A DNA stretch of 25,712 bases from an uncultured bacterium (GCA_964373325.1 CAYJUJ010000002.1:1-25712); one strand, 5' to 3'. Positions 9,096 to 19,119 are shown, counted from the first letter of the stretch. A program made the numbers and translations. The notes: generated from the sequence alone by a model not told the origin.

Positions 9096-10299
9096 CGTCT
9101 TGCTCAGTTTGCTTTCGTATAAATGTAGGAATGTCATACTCGTCATCTCCCAATCCTAAATCCTTATTAGTTCGACGAGCGTGTTCTGTAAGATCCTCAT
9201 TTTTCTGACGAACAAGAGGCGGAATATCAATATCCTCTTCCTTAATGATATCTTTCGCATGAATGATTGGCTGTTGAACTTTGGGTTCCTGTGCAAGAGG
9301 TTTAGGCTTGGCTTGAGGAACCTCGGCTATTTTACTTGCCTGAATCCCCCCAAAACCTGTTGCAATAACAGTCACGCGAACTTCATCTTTAATGGCAGAA
9401 TCAATCACAGCACCAAAAATAATATCGGCATCTTCATGAGCAGACTCTTGTATCAAAGAGGAAGCAGCATTCACCTCGTGCAACGTCAAACTTGGCCCAC
9501 CAGTGATATTAATAATAATACCCATAGCACCCTCTATAGAAACATCTTCCAAAAGAGGGGAAGAAATAGCTGCATTGGCTGCTTCAACAGCACGGTTAGT
9601 ACCACTAGCAATTCCTGTGCCCATCAGTGCAAGCCCTTTATTTGACATAATGGTTCGAACATCTGCAAAATCAAGATTGATAAGACCTCGAATACTAATC
9701 AAATCAGAAATACCTTGAACAGCTTTAAGAAGTACCTCATCAGCCTTCCTAAAGGCATCAATCATGGATGTTGTTTCTCCAGCAATAGAAAGAAGCCTTT
9801 GGTTTGGAATAACAATAAGAGTATCAACACTTTCTCGAAGCTCTAAAATTCCTTGCTCCGCTTGACGCATTCTTTTTTTACCTTCGAATAAGAATGGTTT
9901 TGTAACAACCCCAACGGTCAAGGCTCCAACTTCTTTAGCAGCGTCAGCAATAACGGGGGCTCCACCAGTACCAGTACCACCACCCATTCCTGCCGTAATA
10001 AAAACAAGATCAGAACCTTGAAGCACATTTACAATTTTGGCGTAATCTTCTAAAGCAGCATTTCGACCCACTTCTGGATCAGCTCCTGCCCCCAATCCTC
10101 TCGTCAATTCAGTACCTAATTGCAGTCGATTTTCTGTAGGAGAAGCTAGGAGTGCTTGGTGATCTGTATTAGCAACAACGAAATCAACACATTTTAACTT
10201 ACTGGTTATCATTGTGGAGATAGCATTGCCACCGCCACCCCCTACCCCTATAACTCTTATTTTTGCGCCTGAATGTGGAGATTCTTCTAATTCAAACAT
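9088..10299 (-). CDS. ftsZ: Cell division protein FtsZ
   Basis: [18 protein letters not shown] tubulin signature, NLDFADV, C-terminal [18 protein letters not shown] precedes the ATG at 10299, so the start was moved from 10362. Confidence 0.99.
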   Translation of the reverse strand: MFELEESPHSGAKIRVIGVGGGGGNAISTMITSKLKCVDFVVANTDHQALLASPTENRLQLGTELTRGLGAGADPEVGRNAALEDYAKIVNVLQGSDLVFITAGMGGGTGTGGAPVIADAAKEVGALTVGVVTKPFLFEGKKRMRQAEQGILELRESVDTLIVIPNQRLLSIAGETTSMIDAFRKADEVLLKAVQGISDLISIRGLINLDFADVRTIMSNKGLALMGTGIASGTNRAVEAANAAISSPLLEDVSIEGAMGIIINITGGPSLTLHEVNAASSLIQESAHEDADIIFGAVIDSAIKDEVRVTVIATGFGGIQASKIAEVPQAKPKPLAQEPKVQQPIIHAKDIIKEEDIDIPPLVRQKNEDLTEHARRTNKDLGLGDDEYDIPTFIRKQTEQDVT

Positions 10300-10310
10300 A
10301 ATTAGCCTCC

Positions 10311-10413
10311 TTAATTCTACTACGCTCACTTCGTGAGCTTCGAAGAATTTCCTAATAAACAACTAACCCTCATAACTAGCAATTCTACGAAGCTTTATGC
10401 GAAGTAGAACTAA
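10311..10413. other. Nested inverted-repeat (multi-stem) element filling the ftsA-ftsZ intergenic region
   Basis: Outer arms 10311-10325 / 10399-10413 (13/15 complementary); inner arms 10336-10349 / 10381-10394 (13/14); 6-bp hairpin GCTCAC-TTC-GTGAGC at 10324-10338. Confidence 0.65.
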
Positions 10414-11636
10414 AATATTTCTTTCATCCAACCTTTCATGACTGATTGAACTTTGCTGTAAATATTATCCTCTCTAATTTTAAATAAAGCATTTTTACGA
10501 TGTTTAGCACCATAAAGAACTAAGCCAACTCCCGTTGAATAAATAGGGCTATTCACAACATCTGTTAAACCACCAATGCCCTGAGGAATACCTCTTTTCA
10601 CAGGCAAATCAAAAATGTATTCTGCCAGTTCTGGTAAACCTTCAAGAAGTGTTGAGCCCCCTGTCATTACAATGCCTGATGCTAAAAGATCTTCATAACC
10701 ACTTTTAACAATTTCTCTCTGAACCAATGCCAACATTTCTTCAACTCGTGGTTCAATAATTTCAGTTAAAACTTTTCGTGAAACTGTTCTTGGCTTTCTT
10801 CCACCAACGCTTGGAACTTCAATAGTTTCATCTTTATCTAGAAGTGAAGATAAAGCACACCCATATTTACACTTTATTTTTTCTGCTTCAGCTGTAGGAG
10901 TGCGAAGCCCAACAGCAATGTCATTGGTAAGATGATTGCCCCCAAGAGAAAGTACTGCAGTATGAACAATGCTTCCCTCAGAAAAAACAGCGATGTCTGT
11001 AGTACCCCCTCCAATATCAACCATAGCCACTCCCAATTCTTTTTCATCTGGAGAAAGTACCGCTTCACTAGAGGCTAATTGCTGCAAAACAATATCCACA
11101 ACATTAAGCCCTGTTTTATTAGCGCACTTAATAATATTTTGAGCTGATGAAACAGCAGCTGTTACAATATGAACTTTTGCTTCAAGACGAACACCACTCA
11201 TTCCAAGTGGTTCTTTAATGCCATCTTGATCATCAATAATATATTCCTGAGGAATGATATGAATGACTTCTCTATCGAGAGGAATAGCAACAGCTTTGGC
11301 TGCATCGATAACTCGCTGAACATCACTTTGTCTTACTTCTTTATCTTTAACAGCAACAATACCATGGCTGTTAAAACCCTTAATGTGCCCACCAGCAATG
11401 CCACAATAGATATTGGATATCTCACATCCCGCTGTGAGCTCTGCTTCTTCAATTGCTTTTCTTATGGAATTAACAGTGCTTTCGATGTTGATAACAACGC
11501 CTTTGCGAAGGCCGTGAGAAGGGCTGGTACCAACACCAACAATATTAATACCTGAATCGGTAGCCTCTCCTACAATAGCACAAATTTTGGTGGTACCAAT
11601 GTCGAGTCCAACAATCAGCTCATCTTTTTTGGCCAT
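10410..11636 (-). CDS. ftsA: Cell division protein FtsA
   Basis: VGLDIGTTKI, GLRKGVVINIE, VDIGGGTTD, GIVMTGG, actin-like fold motifs. Confidence 0.99.
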   Translation of the reverse strand: MAKKDELIVGLDIGTTKICAIVGEATDSGINIVGVGTSPSHGLRKGVVINIESTVNSIRKAIEEAELTAGCEISNIYCGIAGGHIKGFNSHGIVAVKDKEVRQSDVQRVIDAAKAVAIPLDREVIHIIPQEYIIDDQDGIKEPLGMSGVRLEAKVHIVTAAVSSAQNIIKCANKTGLNVVDIVLQQLASSEAVLSPDEKELGVAMVDIGGGTTDIAVFSEGSIVHTAVLSLGGNHLTNDIAVGLRTPTAEAEKIKCKYGCALSSLLDKDETIEVPSVGGRKPRTVSRKVLTEIIEPRVEEMLALVQREIVKSGYEDLLASGIVMTGGSTLLEGLPELAEYIFDLPVKRGIPQGIGGLTDVVNSPIYSTGVGLVLYGAKHRKNALFKIREDNIYSKVQSVMKGWMKEIF

Positions 11637-11724
11637 TTACGATACCTCGTTACAACTTCAACAACACGTAAATCCACTATTCAGCTCCATCAAAAACGCC
11701 GACTTTACTGATTCTACCTTAAGA

Positions 11725-12534
11725 TTACGGTTTTTTTAGGGTTTTTACAACTACTTTTTTGGAAAAGTTAAGGTCAATTTCCCGAGCCAGAACTTGCTTT
11801 TTGGTTAAATCAGCTAATACTTTTTCAAGCCGATCTAATTTTTTATCTAAATCTTGAGAACCAATTTTGATTTTGGTTCCATATGGCAAAGTGTAGATTT
11901 CTAGCCCTTTTCCAGCCTTTAAGTGAATTTCAGAAACCTTTTTTACATCAAAAAAAGTATACGGTTTAACATCGCTAAGAAGAAGAAGAGCTAGTTCAAA
12001 GAACATGGCTTCTTCTTGGCCCGTAGAACTACTTGTAATTATTGGGAAATCTAGGCCCTCTTGAGAAGTTACCTCTTTAATCACCTCTCCATTGGGCTCT
12101 ATATAAAAAAGTTTACCATCTTTCTTCATGATGGCTAAAACATTTTTTTCCAATATTTCAATCCGAATTTTATTTGGTAACATTCTAAAAAGTTGTACTT
12201 TTTTGACCCAAGGATTTTGAAATATTTTTTTCTCAATCTCTCCAAGGTTAAGAGATAAAATACTAACCCCTAGTTCAACTTCAGCTAATTCAAGAATCTC
12301 TTCATGATTGATTTTGAGCAGCTTCGAGGTATTGATTTCCTTTAAAGCGAAAAAAGAGGATTTGAGAAGTTGTTGATAAGAAAAATAAAGCCCTAAAAGC
12401 ACAACAAAAAAACAAAGAAGAGCCCCTGCAGCTGCTCCACTTGTTTTTAAAATTTTGAAAAGTTTAGCCCGTCTCTCTTTACTATCACCCAGTCTGCGAT
12501 TAACTGGAATTTTTTTTCTCTTAAAAAAGAACAT
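11725..12534 (-). CDS. ftsQ: Cell division protein FtsQ/DivIB
   Basis: Basic N-terminus, single TM segment, POTRA-type NPWVKKVQLFRMLPNKIRIEILE, C-terminal IDLNFSKKVVV; directly upstream of ftsA. Confidence 0.9.
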   Translation of the reverse strand: MFFFKRKKIPVNRRLGDSKERRAKLFKILKTSGAAAGALLCFFVVLLGLYFSYQQLLKSSFFALKEINTSKLLKINHEEILELAEVELGVSILSLNLGEIEKKIFQNPWVKKVQLFRMLPNKIRIEILEKNVLAIMKKDGKLFYIEPNGEVIKEVTSQEGLDFPIITSSSTGQEEAMFFELALLLLSDVKPYTFFDVKKVSEIHLKAGKGLEIYTLPYGTKIKIGSQDLDKKLDRLEKVLADLTKKQVLAREIDLNFSKKVVVKTLKKP

Positions 12535-12640
12535 TCAAGAAGAATTTAACATAACATCCCGATCACTACCATCCTTATCATCAAGGGCAGTTTTGGATTC
12601 TTCTTGACGACTTATAGTAAGACTATTAGGAAAAATAGGT

Positions 12641-13636
12641 ATGATAAAGAAAATATTGCTCACGCTTATGTGTGTAACGCTCATTTCTCCCCTCCTTCAT
12701 TCATCATCCAAAAAAATTAAAATTGGTTTTATTTTAAGCACAATGCAGGAAGAGCGATATCAAAAAGACAAAGCTATTTTCGAAAAAATGGCTCAATCAT
12801 TAGGGGCCGATGTGATTTTTGCCGCTTGTGATAATAACGAACAAATTCAGGCAGCTAAGGTTGAAAATCTTTTGGCCACAGGAATTCAAGCCCTTGTCAT
12901 TCAACCCGTAAATAGTGACACAGCTGCTTCCTTTGTAGAACAAGCTCACGAAGATGGTGTTAAAGTTGTTGCCTATGACAGACTTATTAAAAATGCAGAT
13001 TTAGATTTTTACGCTACTCAAAACTCTTACCAGGTAGGAGTTCTCCAAGCAGAAGCAGCAGTAAAGATTACCAAAGGAGAAGGCAATTATATTATCTTAA
13101 TGGGACAAGCAGGGCACTCCGTAGCACAAGAGATTACACGAGGTAATCTAGATGTTCTTAAAAAACATTCCAAAATTAAAGTTGTTGTTCAACAAAGTCA
13201 CAATAGCTGGTCTCCTTCAGAGGCCATGGCAACTGCAGAGAATGCTCTTACAAAATATAAAAACAAAATTTCTGCTATCTTAGCCAACAATAGTGGTATG
13301 GCACACGGTGCCGTCCAGGCCCTCAAAGAACAGAATTTGTTAGGAAAAGTCTTCGTAGCTGGAGCTGATGCCGATTTGACCGCTATTCGTAACATTGTTG
13401 CAGGTCACCAACAGTTTGAAGTTTTAAAGGCTATCAAGCCTCTAGCAGAGGGAGCAGCCAAAGTGGCTGTTCAGCTTGCAAAAGGGCAGACACCAGCCCA
13501 TGACAAAACAATCTTTAATGGTAAAAAAGAAGTCAATGTTTTAAATACGCCTGTTTACCCGATCACAAAGGATAATATTAAAACGCAAATTATCGACACG
13601 GGTTTTCATTCTGCAAAAGATATTTATGGAAAATAG
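12641..13636 (+). CDS. Monosaccharide ABC transporter substrate-binding protein (XylF-like)
   Basis: Signal peptide; IGFILSTMQEERYQKD, VVAYDRLI, VAGADAD; periplasmic binding protein type I pattern. Confidence 0.9.
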   Translation: MIKKILLTLMCVTLISPLLHSSSKKIKIGFILSTMQEERYQKDKAIFEKMAQSLGADVIFAACDNNEQIQAAKVENLLATGIQALVIQPVNSDTAASFVEQAHEDGVKVVAYDRLIKNADLDFYATQNSYQVGVLQAEAAVKITKGEGNYIILMGQAGHSVAQEITRGNLDVLKKHSKIKVVVQQSHNSWSPSEAMATAENALTKYKNKISAILANNSGMAHGAVQALKEQNLLGKVFVAGADADLTAIRNIVAGHQQFEVLKAIKPLAEGAAKVAVQLAKGQTPAHDKTIFNGKKEVNVLNTPVYPITKDNIKTQIIDTGFHSAKDIYGK

Positions 13637-13642
13637 AGTTTT

Positions 13643-15148
13643 GTGAAGTCTCCACTTCTTTCTCTTTCTAACATCTCTAAATCCTTTGGAACAGTCAATG
13701 TCTTAACTGATATTACTCTTGAAGCACATTCAGGAGAAATTCTTGCTCTCGTTGGAGAAAATGGAGCTGGAAAATCGACTCTGATGAAAATTATCAGTGG
13801 AGTATGGCCCCACAAAAGCTTTTCTGGAACACTCAAAATTTTGGGAAGAGAGGTCGTTTTTTCTTCTCCTCAAGACTCTGAAAAAGAAGGAATCTCCATC
13901 ATTCACCAAGAATTAAATCTCATTCCCGAGTTGTCTGTTGCTGAAAATATTTTTCTAGGAAGACTACCCCATCAAAAAGGAATCTTGAATTGGAATAAAC
14001 TGTTTAAAAACGCCCAAAATATTCTTGATGAACTTCAAGTTCCTTTTTCACCGCAAACTCAAGTTAAGAGCCTCAGCATTGGTCAAAAACAAATGGTTGA
14101 GATTGCAAAAGCCCTAAGCTTAAAATCTCAAATTTTGATTCTCGATGAACCCACCTCTGCTTTAACTCAAAAAGAAATTCAAAAACTTTTTCAAATTCTC
14201 CGCAAACTAAAAAATGATGGCGTTTTGTGTGTCTACATCTCTCACAAATTATCAGAGGTTTTTGAAATTTCTGACAAAATCTACATTCTACGTGATGGTA
14301 AACTTGTTTCTTATTATGAAACACGTGAAGTTCAATTAGATCAAATTATTTCTGATATGGTTGGGCGACAAATTCCTGAAATGGACTCTTCTAGGATAAA
14401 TATTTTTGGAAAAAAAGTGCTAGAAGTCAAAAACCTTACCTGTATAGATAGAAATGGAAAAACAATTCTCAAAGATATCTCCTTCTTTGTCAGAGAAGGA
14501 GAAATTTTAGGCATTGCTGGGCTTATGGGCTCTGGGCGCTCTGAGCTAGTTACACCACTTTTTGGAGCTGCTCCTTATCACATCAATGGTGACATAACCC
14601 TTTTGGACCAAAAGTTCACTCCGCTGTCTCCAAGGCATGCTATTCAATTAGGATTGGCGCTACTGACAGAAGATCGAAAACTCTCTGGTATGATCCCCTA
14701 CCGCTCTGTCAGAGAAAATATGACACTGAGTTCCCTTCGAAAATTATCTCATCGAAAAGTAATTCATCATATGCAAGAAAAAAATGTCGTTGGAAACTTG
14801 ATGAAACAGTTTAAGATTAAAACCCCCACTTCACAATTAGAAATAAGACATTTAAGTGGAGGAAACCAGCAAAAAGCGCTACTGGCTAAATGGTGTCTCC
14901 TCAATCCAAAGATTATTTTTTTAGATGAACCCACTCGAGGGGTTGACATTGGCTCGAAAACTGAAATTTATCATTTTATGAATGAGCTCTCTAAAAAGGG
15001 GGTTGCCATTGTTCTCATCTCTTCAGATTTACCTGAGGTTTTAAAAATGTCCGATCGTATTGCTGTGTTAAATCAAGGACAGCTCAAAGACGTTTTAGAT
15101 AAAACAGTCGCAACTCAGGAAAAAATAATGAGACTTGCTACATGTTAA
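13643..15148 (+). CDS. Monosaccharide (CUT2) ABC transporter ATP-binding protein (XylG-like)
   Basis: Two NBDs: GENGAGKST, LSIGQKQ, LILDEPT; degenerate GLMGSGRSE, LSGGNQQK, FLDEPTRGVD. Confidence 0.96.
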   Translation: MKSPLLSLSNISKSFGTVNVLTDITLEAHSGEILALVGENGAGKSTLMKIISGVWPHKSFSGTLKILGREVVFSSPQDSEKEGISIIHQELNLIPELSVAENIFLGRLPHQKGILNWNKLFKNAQNILDELQVPFSPQTQVKSLSIGQKQMVEIAKALSLKSQILILDEPTSALTQKEIQKLFQILRKLKNDGVLCVYISHKLSEVFEISDKIYILRDGKLVSYYETREVQLDQIISDMVGRQIPEMDSSRINIFGKKVLEVKNLTCIDRNGKTILKDISFFVREGEILGIAGLMGSGRSELVTPLFGAAPYHINGDITLLDQKFTPLSPRHAIQLGLALLTEDRKLSGMIPYRSVRENMTLSSLRKLSHRKVIHHMQEKNVVGNLMKQFKIKTPTSQLEIRHLSGGNQQKALLAKWCLLNPKIIFLDEPTRGVDIGSKTEIYHFMNELSKKGVAIVLISSDLPEVLKMSDRIAVLNQGQLKDVLDKTVATQEKIMRLATC

Positions 15149-16257
15149 AAAAATATTCAACACTTTTAATTCTCATTTTTCTCACTCTTGTTCTCACCAT
15201 CCTCACGGATGGAATTTTTATTAGTCCACGAAATCTTACTAATCTTGCGCGCCAAGTTTCAATCAATGGCATTTTAGCCATTGGAATGACACTCATCATT
15301 TTAACAGGACAAATTGATCTCTCTATTGGCTCTATCGTTGCTCTCACCAGTATTGTTGTTGGACTTTCTCAGACACAGTGGGGCTTTGAAAACTTGGGAA
15401 TATATGGGGCTCTTCTCTCGGCAGTAGCAGCAATGGCTGCAGGCCTCCTGTGCGGTTTTTTCAATGCCTATTGGCTCTCGAAACATAACATTACTTCCTT
15501 TATTACCACTTTAGGAATGATGGTTATTGCACGGGGGCTAGCTCTCATTTTTTCAGGAGGTGTTGCTATTGCCCCTATGAGTGAAGAACTTCAAACAATT
15601 GGAAATGGCTATATTCCTCCTCTTGCTTCACTCATTGTCATGGGGCTTATTTTGAGTTTTTGGATATCAAGTCATTTTATTTCACTTGAAAAAATTTTTA
15701 TGCTCCTTCCTCAAAAAACAGGAAAGGCAACTTTTCCAAGTTTACTAAGCCTTTCCGGGATTTTAATTTTAAGTTACATTTTTTTTAGTTACCGTGGCAT
15801 TCCTGTCCCCGTATTACTTCTCGCTCTTGTTTTCTTTGGGGGACATTTCATCTTGAATCGAATGGTCATAGGGCGCTATATTTTTGCCATTGGTGGAAAT
15901 TATGAAGCAGCACGACTTTCAGGAGTTCCAAGGGAAAAAATCATTTTTTTTGTATTCCTTTTGATGGGTGCCCTGGCAGGGTTAGGGGGGCTTCTTCTAA
16001 CATCTCGCTTAAATGGGGCTATGCCAACTGCGGGTAATCTTTTCGAGTTAGATGCCATTGCTGCTGTTGTCATTGGAGGAACAAGCCTTATGGGAGGTGT
16101 TGGAAACGTTACAGGTTCTCTTTTAGGAGCTTTCATCATTGGAACACTTAACAACGGTATGAGCCTTATGAATGTTCCAACATTTTATCAAATGGTCATC
16201 AAGGGGCTTATGATTATTTTGGCTGTTTTCTTTGATTCACGATCTAAAAGAGAGTAA
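15142..16257 (+). CDS. Monosaccharide ABC transporter permease (XylH-like)
   Basis: Polytopic; GQIDLSIGS, ITTLGMM, AIGGNYEAARLSG, ELDAIAAVVIGGTSLMGG. Confidence 0.96.
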   Translation: MLKKYSTLLILIFLTLVLTILTDGIFISPRNLTNLARQVSINGILAIGMTLIILTGQIDLSIGSIVALTSIVVGLSQTQWGFENLGIYGALLSAVAAMAAGLLCGFFNAYWLSKHNITSFITTLGMMVIARGLALIFSGGVAIAPMSEELQTIGNGYIPPLASLIVMGLILSFWISSHFISLEKIFMLLPQKTGKATFPSLLSLSGILILSYIFFSYRGIPVPVLLLALVFFGGHFILNRMVIGRYIFAIGGNYEAARLSGVPREKIIFFVFLLMGALAGLGGLLLTSRLNGAMPTAGNLFELDAIAAVVIGGTSLMGGVGNVTGSLLGAFIIGTLNNGMSLMNVPTFYQMVIKGLMIILAVFFDSRSKRE

Positions 16258-17124
16258 CCATTTGTAAGCAGCGCCTAAAAGGCCTGCATCATCATTCAGC
16301 TTAGATTTTAAAATCTTTAAGTTTTCTTGTGGTCCTTTCATAGCAGACTCTTTAGCCATGCGAATGGCAGAGGGATAAAAGAAATCAAAAGCATTGGCTA
16401 TTCTTCCTGCTAAAATAAAAGTTTCAATATTGAGTGCATTGGCAAGGCTTCCAATGCCTCTTCCAAGAAACCTCCCCATGTCTTTAAATACCTCTTGTGC
16501 ATAAGAACTGCCTTGGGAAGCCATTTCATAAAGTGTGAGAGCAGAATATCCAGTTTTCTCATAAAGGGCTCTTCCCGAAGCAAAAGCTTCAAGACACCCA
16601 TGATCTCCACAAGCACAAGGATATTGACCAGAGGAATCTACTTTTAAATGACCCATTTCACTGGCCATTCCTCTCTCCCCTTTCCAAAGCTTTTGATCCA
16701 AAATAAGACCACTTCCAATTCCAGTTCCAAGTGTTAAACAACAAAAAGAATTTTCTCTTTGACCCTCTCCAACCCAGCCCTCTCCTAAAGCCGCACAATT
16801 GGCATCATTTTCCACACTCCATGGAAGAGAAAGAAAAGAAAGTTCTTGTTTAAGCTGGCTTCCCACTAAAAATGGAAGATTGGGAGCATCATAAACAACA
16901 TAGGTTTTTTCATCCATTATAATAGGAAGAGCTAGTGAAATCCCATCACAAGACTTCTGAGAGAGAAAGAGACTGATTCGCTCTTTTAGCTGAGAGAAAA
17001 AAAGTTCTTTACTGGAGAGAGAACCTTGCTCATAAGTCTTTTTATCCAAAATTTCCCCATGCTCGTTAATACAAGCAAAGCGTTGATGGGTTCCACCAAT
17101 ATCAATAGCTAAGACTAGCAACAT
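16237..17124 (-). CDS. ROK-family sugar kinase (probable glucokinase)
   Basis: AIDIGGT, VENDANCAALGE, TLGTGIGSG, EMGH, Zn motif CACGDHGCLEAFASG; no N-terminal HTH, so a kinase rather than a repressor. Confidence 0.9.
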   Translation of the reverse strand: MLLVLAIDIGGTHQRFACINEHGEILDKKTYEQGSLSSKELFFSQLKERISLFLSQKSCDGISLALPIIMDEKTYVVYDAPNLPFLVGSQLKQELSFLSLPWSVENDANCAALGEGWVGEGQRENSFCCLTLGTGIGSGLILDQKLWKGERGMASEMGHLKVDSSGQYPCACGDHGCLEAFASGRALYEKTGYSALTLYEMASQGSSYAQEVFKDMGRFLGRGIGSLANALNIETFILAGRIANAFDFFYPSAIRMAKESAMKGPQENLKILKSKLNDDAGLLGAAYKWLLSFRS

Positions 17125-18490
17125 CTCTTGCCCAAACAGTAGTTAAAAAAGCAGCGTAGTTCCAAGTAAGATTCTCTGCAGATAACATTTCACCACTCTC
17201 TCTATTGATTTGTTCAGAAAGAGAGCCATCAGGGAGGCTGTGAAATTGAACCCGAGAAAGAAAGGTATCCCCATGATTTTTCAATTTTTCAAGAAGAATT
17301 TTAAATAAAGGATGAGCGCTTGTGATTCTCATTCTTGACTTCAACACATTTTTTCCATGAAAAAACCTTCTAAAAAAATTAACATTTAAAGGGGTTACGA
17401 AAATCTCTTGAGCACTGGCATATTCAAAAACCATTCGATAATAAAGCTCAGCAAAGGCAAACGTTGTCAACACCCATGGGTTTCCTCCAAAATACTGATC
17501 TTCTGGATAGCGTCCAATAGCCATACCCAAAGAAGAAGGAATCTGATTAATAGTATAAGTTTTTCTAAACTCCTCTTCTAAGCGAAAAACAGTTGCAAGA
17601 ACCTTATCATCAGAAGGCTTCATAAATTGATCAGACGTATATCCATGAAGAACCCCCAAAACAATGGCACTATCAAGATCCATGTTTTTATATTCAACTC
17701 CTTCTTTGCGATCAAGGGTAGGAACAATAAGCTTTTTTTGAGGATTCCAAAAATTGCCAATTTCTTGAGAAATCTCCTTGGCCTGTTTTCCATACCACTC
17801 AGAAGCCCCCCGATCCCCCAGATAATGTGCAAGAAGAGCCCCTTCAAGAAGAGCTTTTCTTTGAACCATAAGAGTATAAAAATGACGTCCCTTGAGTTCC
17901 TCCCAGAGATCAAAGCAAACCTCTCTCCAATGATGAGATACATACTCCAGATCTGCTTTAATAACTGAGTAGGTAGGAAGCTTTCCATCATAAAGACGAT
18001 AAACTTCTTCCTTCCTTCCCTCTTGTAGGAGCCCCCATGCCAAGTGAATTAAAACAGAGGCTCGCAAAGCAGGCCCATCATTTTGAGGCCTTCCCCACCA
18101 GTCATTAACAGCATCTCCATTCATTCCAAACTTAGGTTCTCCTATTCCCGCCAATGTTTGTGTTACCTGATTTCTTCGAGAAAACTCTGCAAAATCTAAA
18201 AGTAAAGAACGATAAAATCCCTTATTTTCCAGGTGGTCCGATGTCAGATAAAGACGCGCAATGACATCCATAACAAGAGCCGCATCTCGAATCCAATGAA
18301 AAAAATAATTAGGATTCTCTCTAGACGGTGAAGCAGCCACAGCGCCCGGACTTGCTCCCTTGGGAGAGATATTTAAAAGAAGTTTCTTATAAGCAATGGA
18401 TCTTTCTGCATCGACCCATTTTTCATCAACGCCGTATGCAGCCGCATTCAAAACAAGAAAAACGAATAGAAAAAGAGCATTTTTGACCAT
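17102..18490 (-). CDS. Secreted GH15 glucoamylase (glucan 1,4-alpha-glucosidase), catalytic domain only
   Basis: Signal peptide; ASPS..PNYFFHWIRDAAL, GEPKF, WGRPQNDGPALR, DLWEE (catalytic acid), GRYPED.YFGGNPW, LSEQ (catalytic base), LTWNYA. Confidence 0.93.
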   Translation of the reverse strand: MVKNALFLFVFLVLNAAAYGVDEKWVDAERSIAYKKLLLNISPKGASPGAVAASPSRENPNYFFHWIRDAALVMDVIARLYLTSDHLENKGFYRSLLLDFAEFSRRNQVTQTLAGIGEPKFGMNGDAVNDWWGRPQNDGPALRASVLIHLAWGLLQEGRKEEVYRLYDGKLPTYSVIKADLEYVSHHWREVCFDLWEELKGRHFYTLMVQRKALLEGALLAHYLGDRGASEWYGKQAKEISQEIGNFWNPQKKLIVPTLDRKEGVEYKNMDLDSAIVLGVLHGYTSDQFMKPSDDKVLATVFRLEEEFRKTYTINQIPSSLGMAIGRYPEDQYFGGNPWVLTTFAFAELYYRMVFEYASAQEIFVTPLNVNFFRRFFHGKNVLKSRMRITSAHPLFKILLEKLKNHGDTFLSRVQFHSLPDGSLSEQINRESGEMLSAENLTWNYAAFLTTVWARDVASLSY

Positions 18491-18582
18491 AGATCTTGTT
18501 TCTATTTCCCTATTTATTTTATTAAAAACAAAAAATCATAAAAAGCCAAGCAAAAATAATAATATCTAAGTAAAGACTTTTC

Positions 18583-18612
18583 TTGACAGTAAAACAACAA
18601 ATCATTAATAAT
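18583..18612 (+). promoter_or_regulatory. Candidate sigma70-type promoter for the 165-aa secreted gene
   Basis: TTGACA (18583-18588), 18-nt spacer, AATAAT (18607-18612); ATG at 18622. Confidence 0.4.
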
Positions 18613-18621
18613 GGGCAAGAC

Positions 18622-19119
18622 ATGATTTCTGCTTTTTTACTTTTTTTTCTTTTTTTTGCCTCACATTCAATGGCTACAATCGATCTGGCTCAAACAACAG
18701 CCCCGGATCCTCTTGTTATTAATGCAGATGCGCCCTTAAAAGTTCAGGTTGAAATCTATAAGAAAGGGATTGCAAATTTTTTAGGTCAGGGTTCAGAAAT
18801 TTCTGCTCGTTTTTACATAGATGTTCCTCGAGGTAAGTATTTTCAAATGAAATATGTGAAAGATCAGGGAGCCTCAGATCTTTACGAAGTGCAATTGAAG
18901 CCCTTTTCACTAGAACCCAAAACATATGCCTGGGCTATTGCTATCACAGATCAAAAAATACCAGACTCCATTCACTGGTCAGAAGGAAATTTTTATTGGG
19001 TTACACAGTGGAGCTACGGGTATACAAATCCCTCCTATCCTAACCATGAATGGATTCATTCCTTTAGAACGCTCATCGTAAAACCGCTAGAAGTAGAGAT
19101 TCTTCCCTACAAAAAATGA
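18622..19119 (+). CDS. Secreted hypothetical protein, beta-rich and aromatic-rich
   Basis: MISAFLLFFLFFASHSMA signal peptide from ATG 18622 (the track's TTG 18583 is the -35 box); many W/Y residues; divergent from the glucoamylase. Confidence 0.7.
   Translation: MISAFLLFFLFFASHSMATIDLAQTTAPDPLVINADAPLKVQVEIYKKGIANFLGQGSEISARFYIDVPRGKYFQMKYVKDQGASDLYEVQLKPFSLEPKTYAWAIAITDQKIPDSIHWSEGNFYWVTQWSYGYTNPSYPNHEWIHSFRTLIVKPLEVEILPYKK

Noticed and set aside
10300-10362. N-terminal extension of FtsZ given by the ORF track
   Set aside because: A strong SD precedes ATG 10299, and the extension runs through the intergenic stem-loop.
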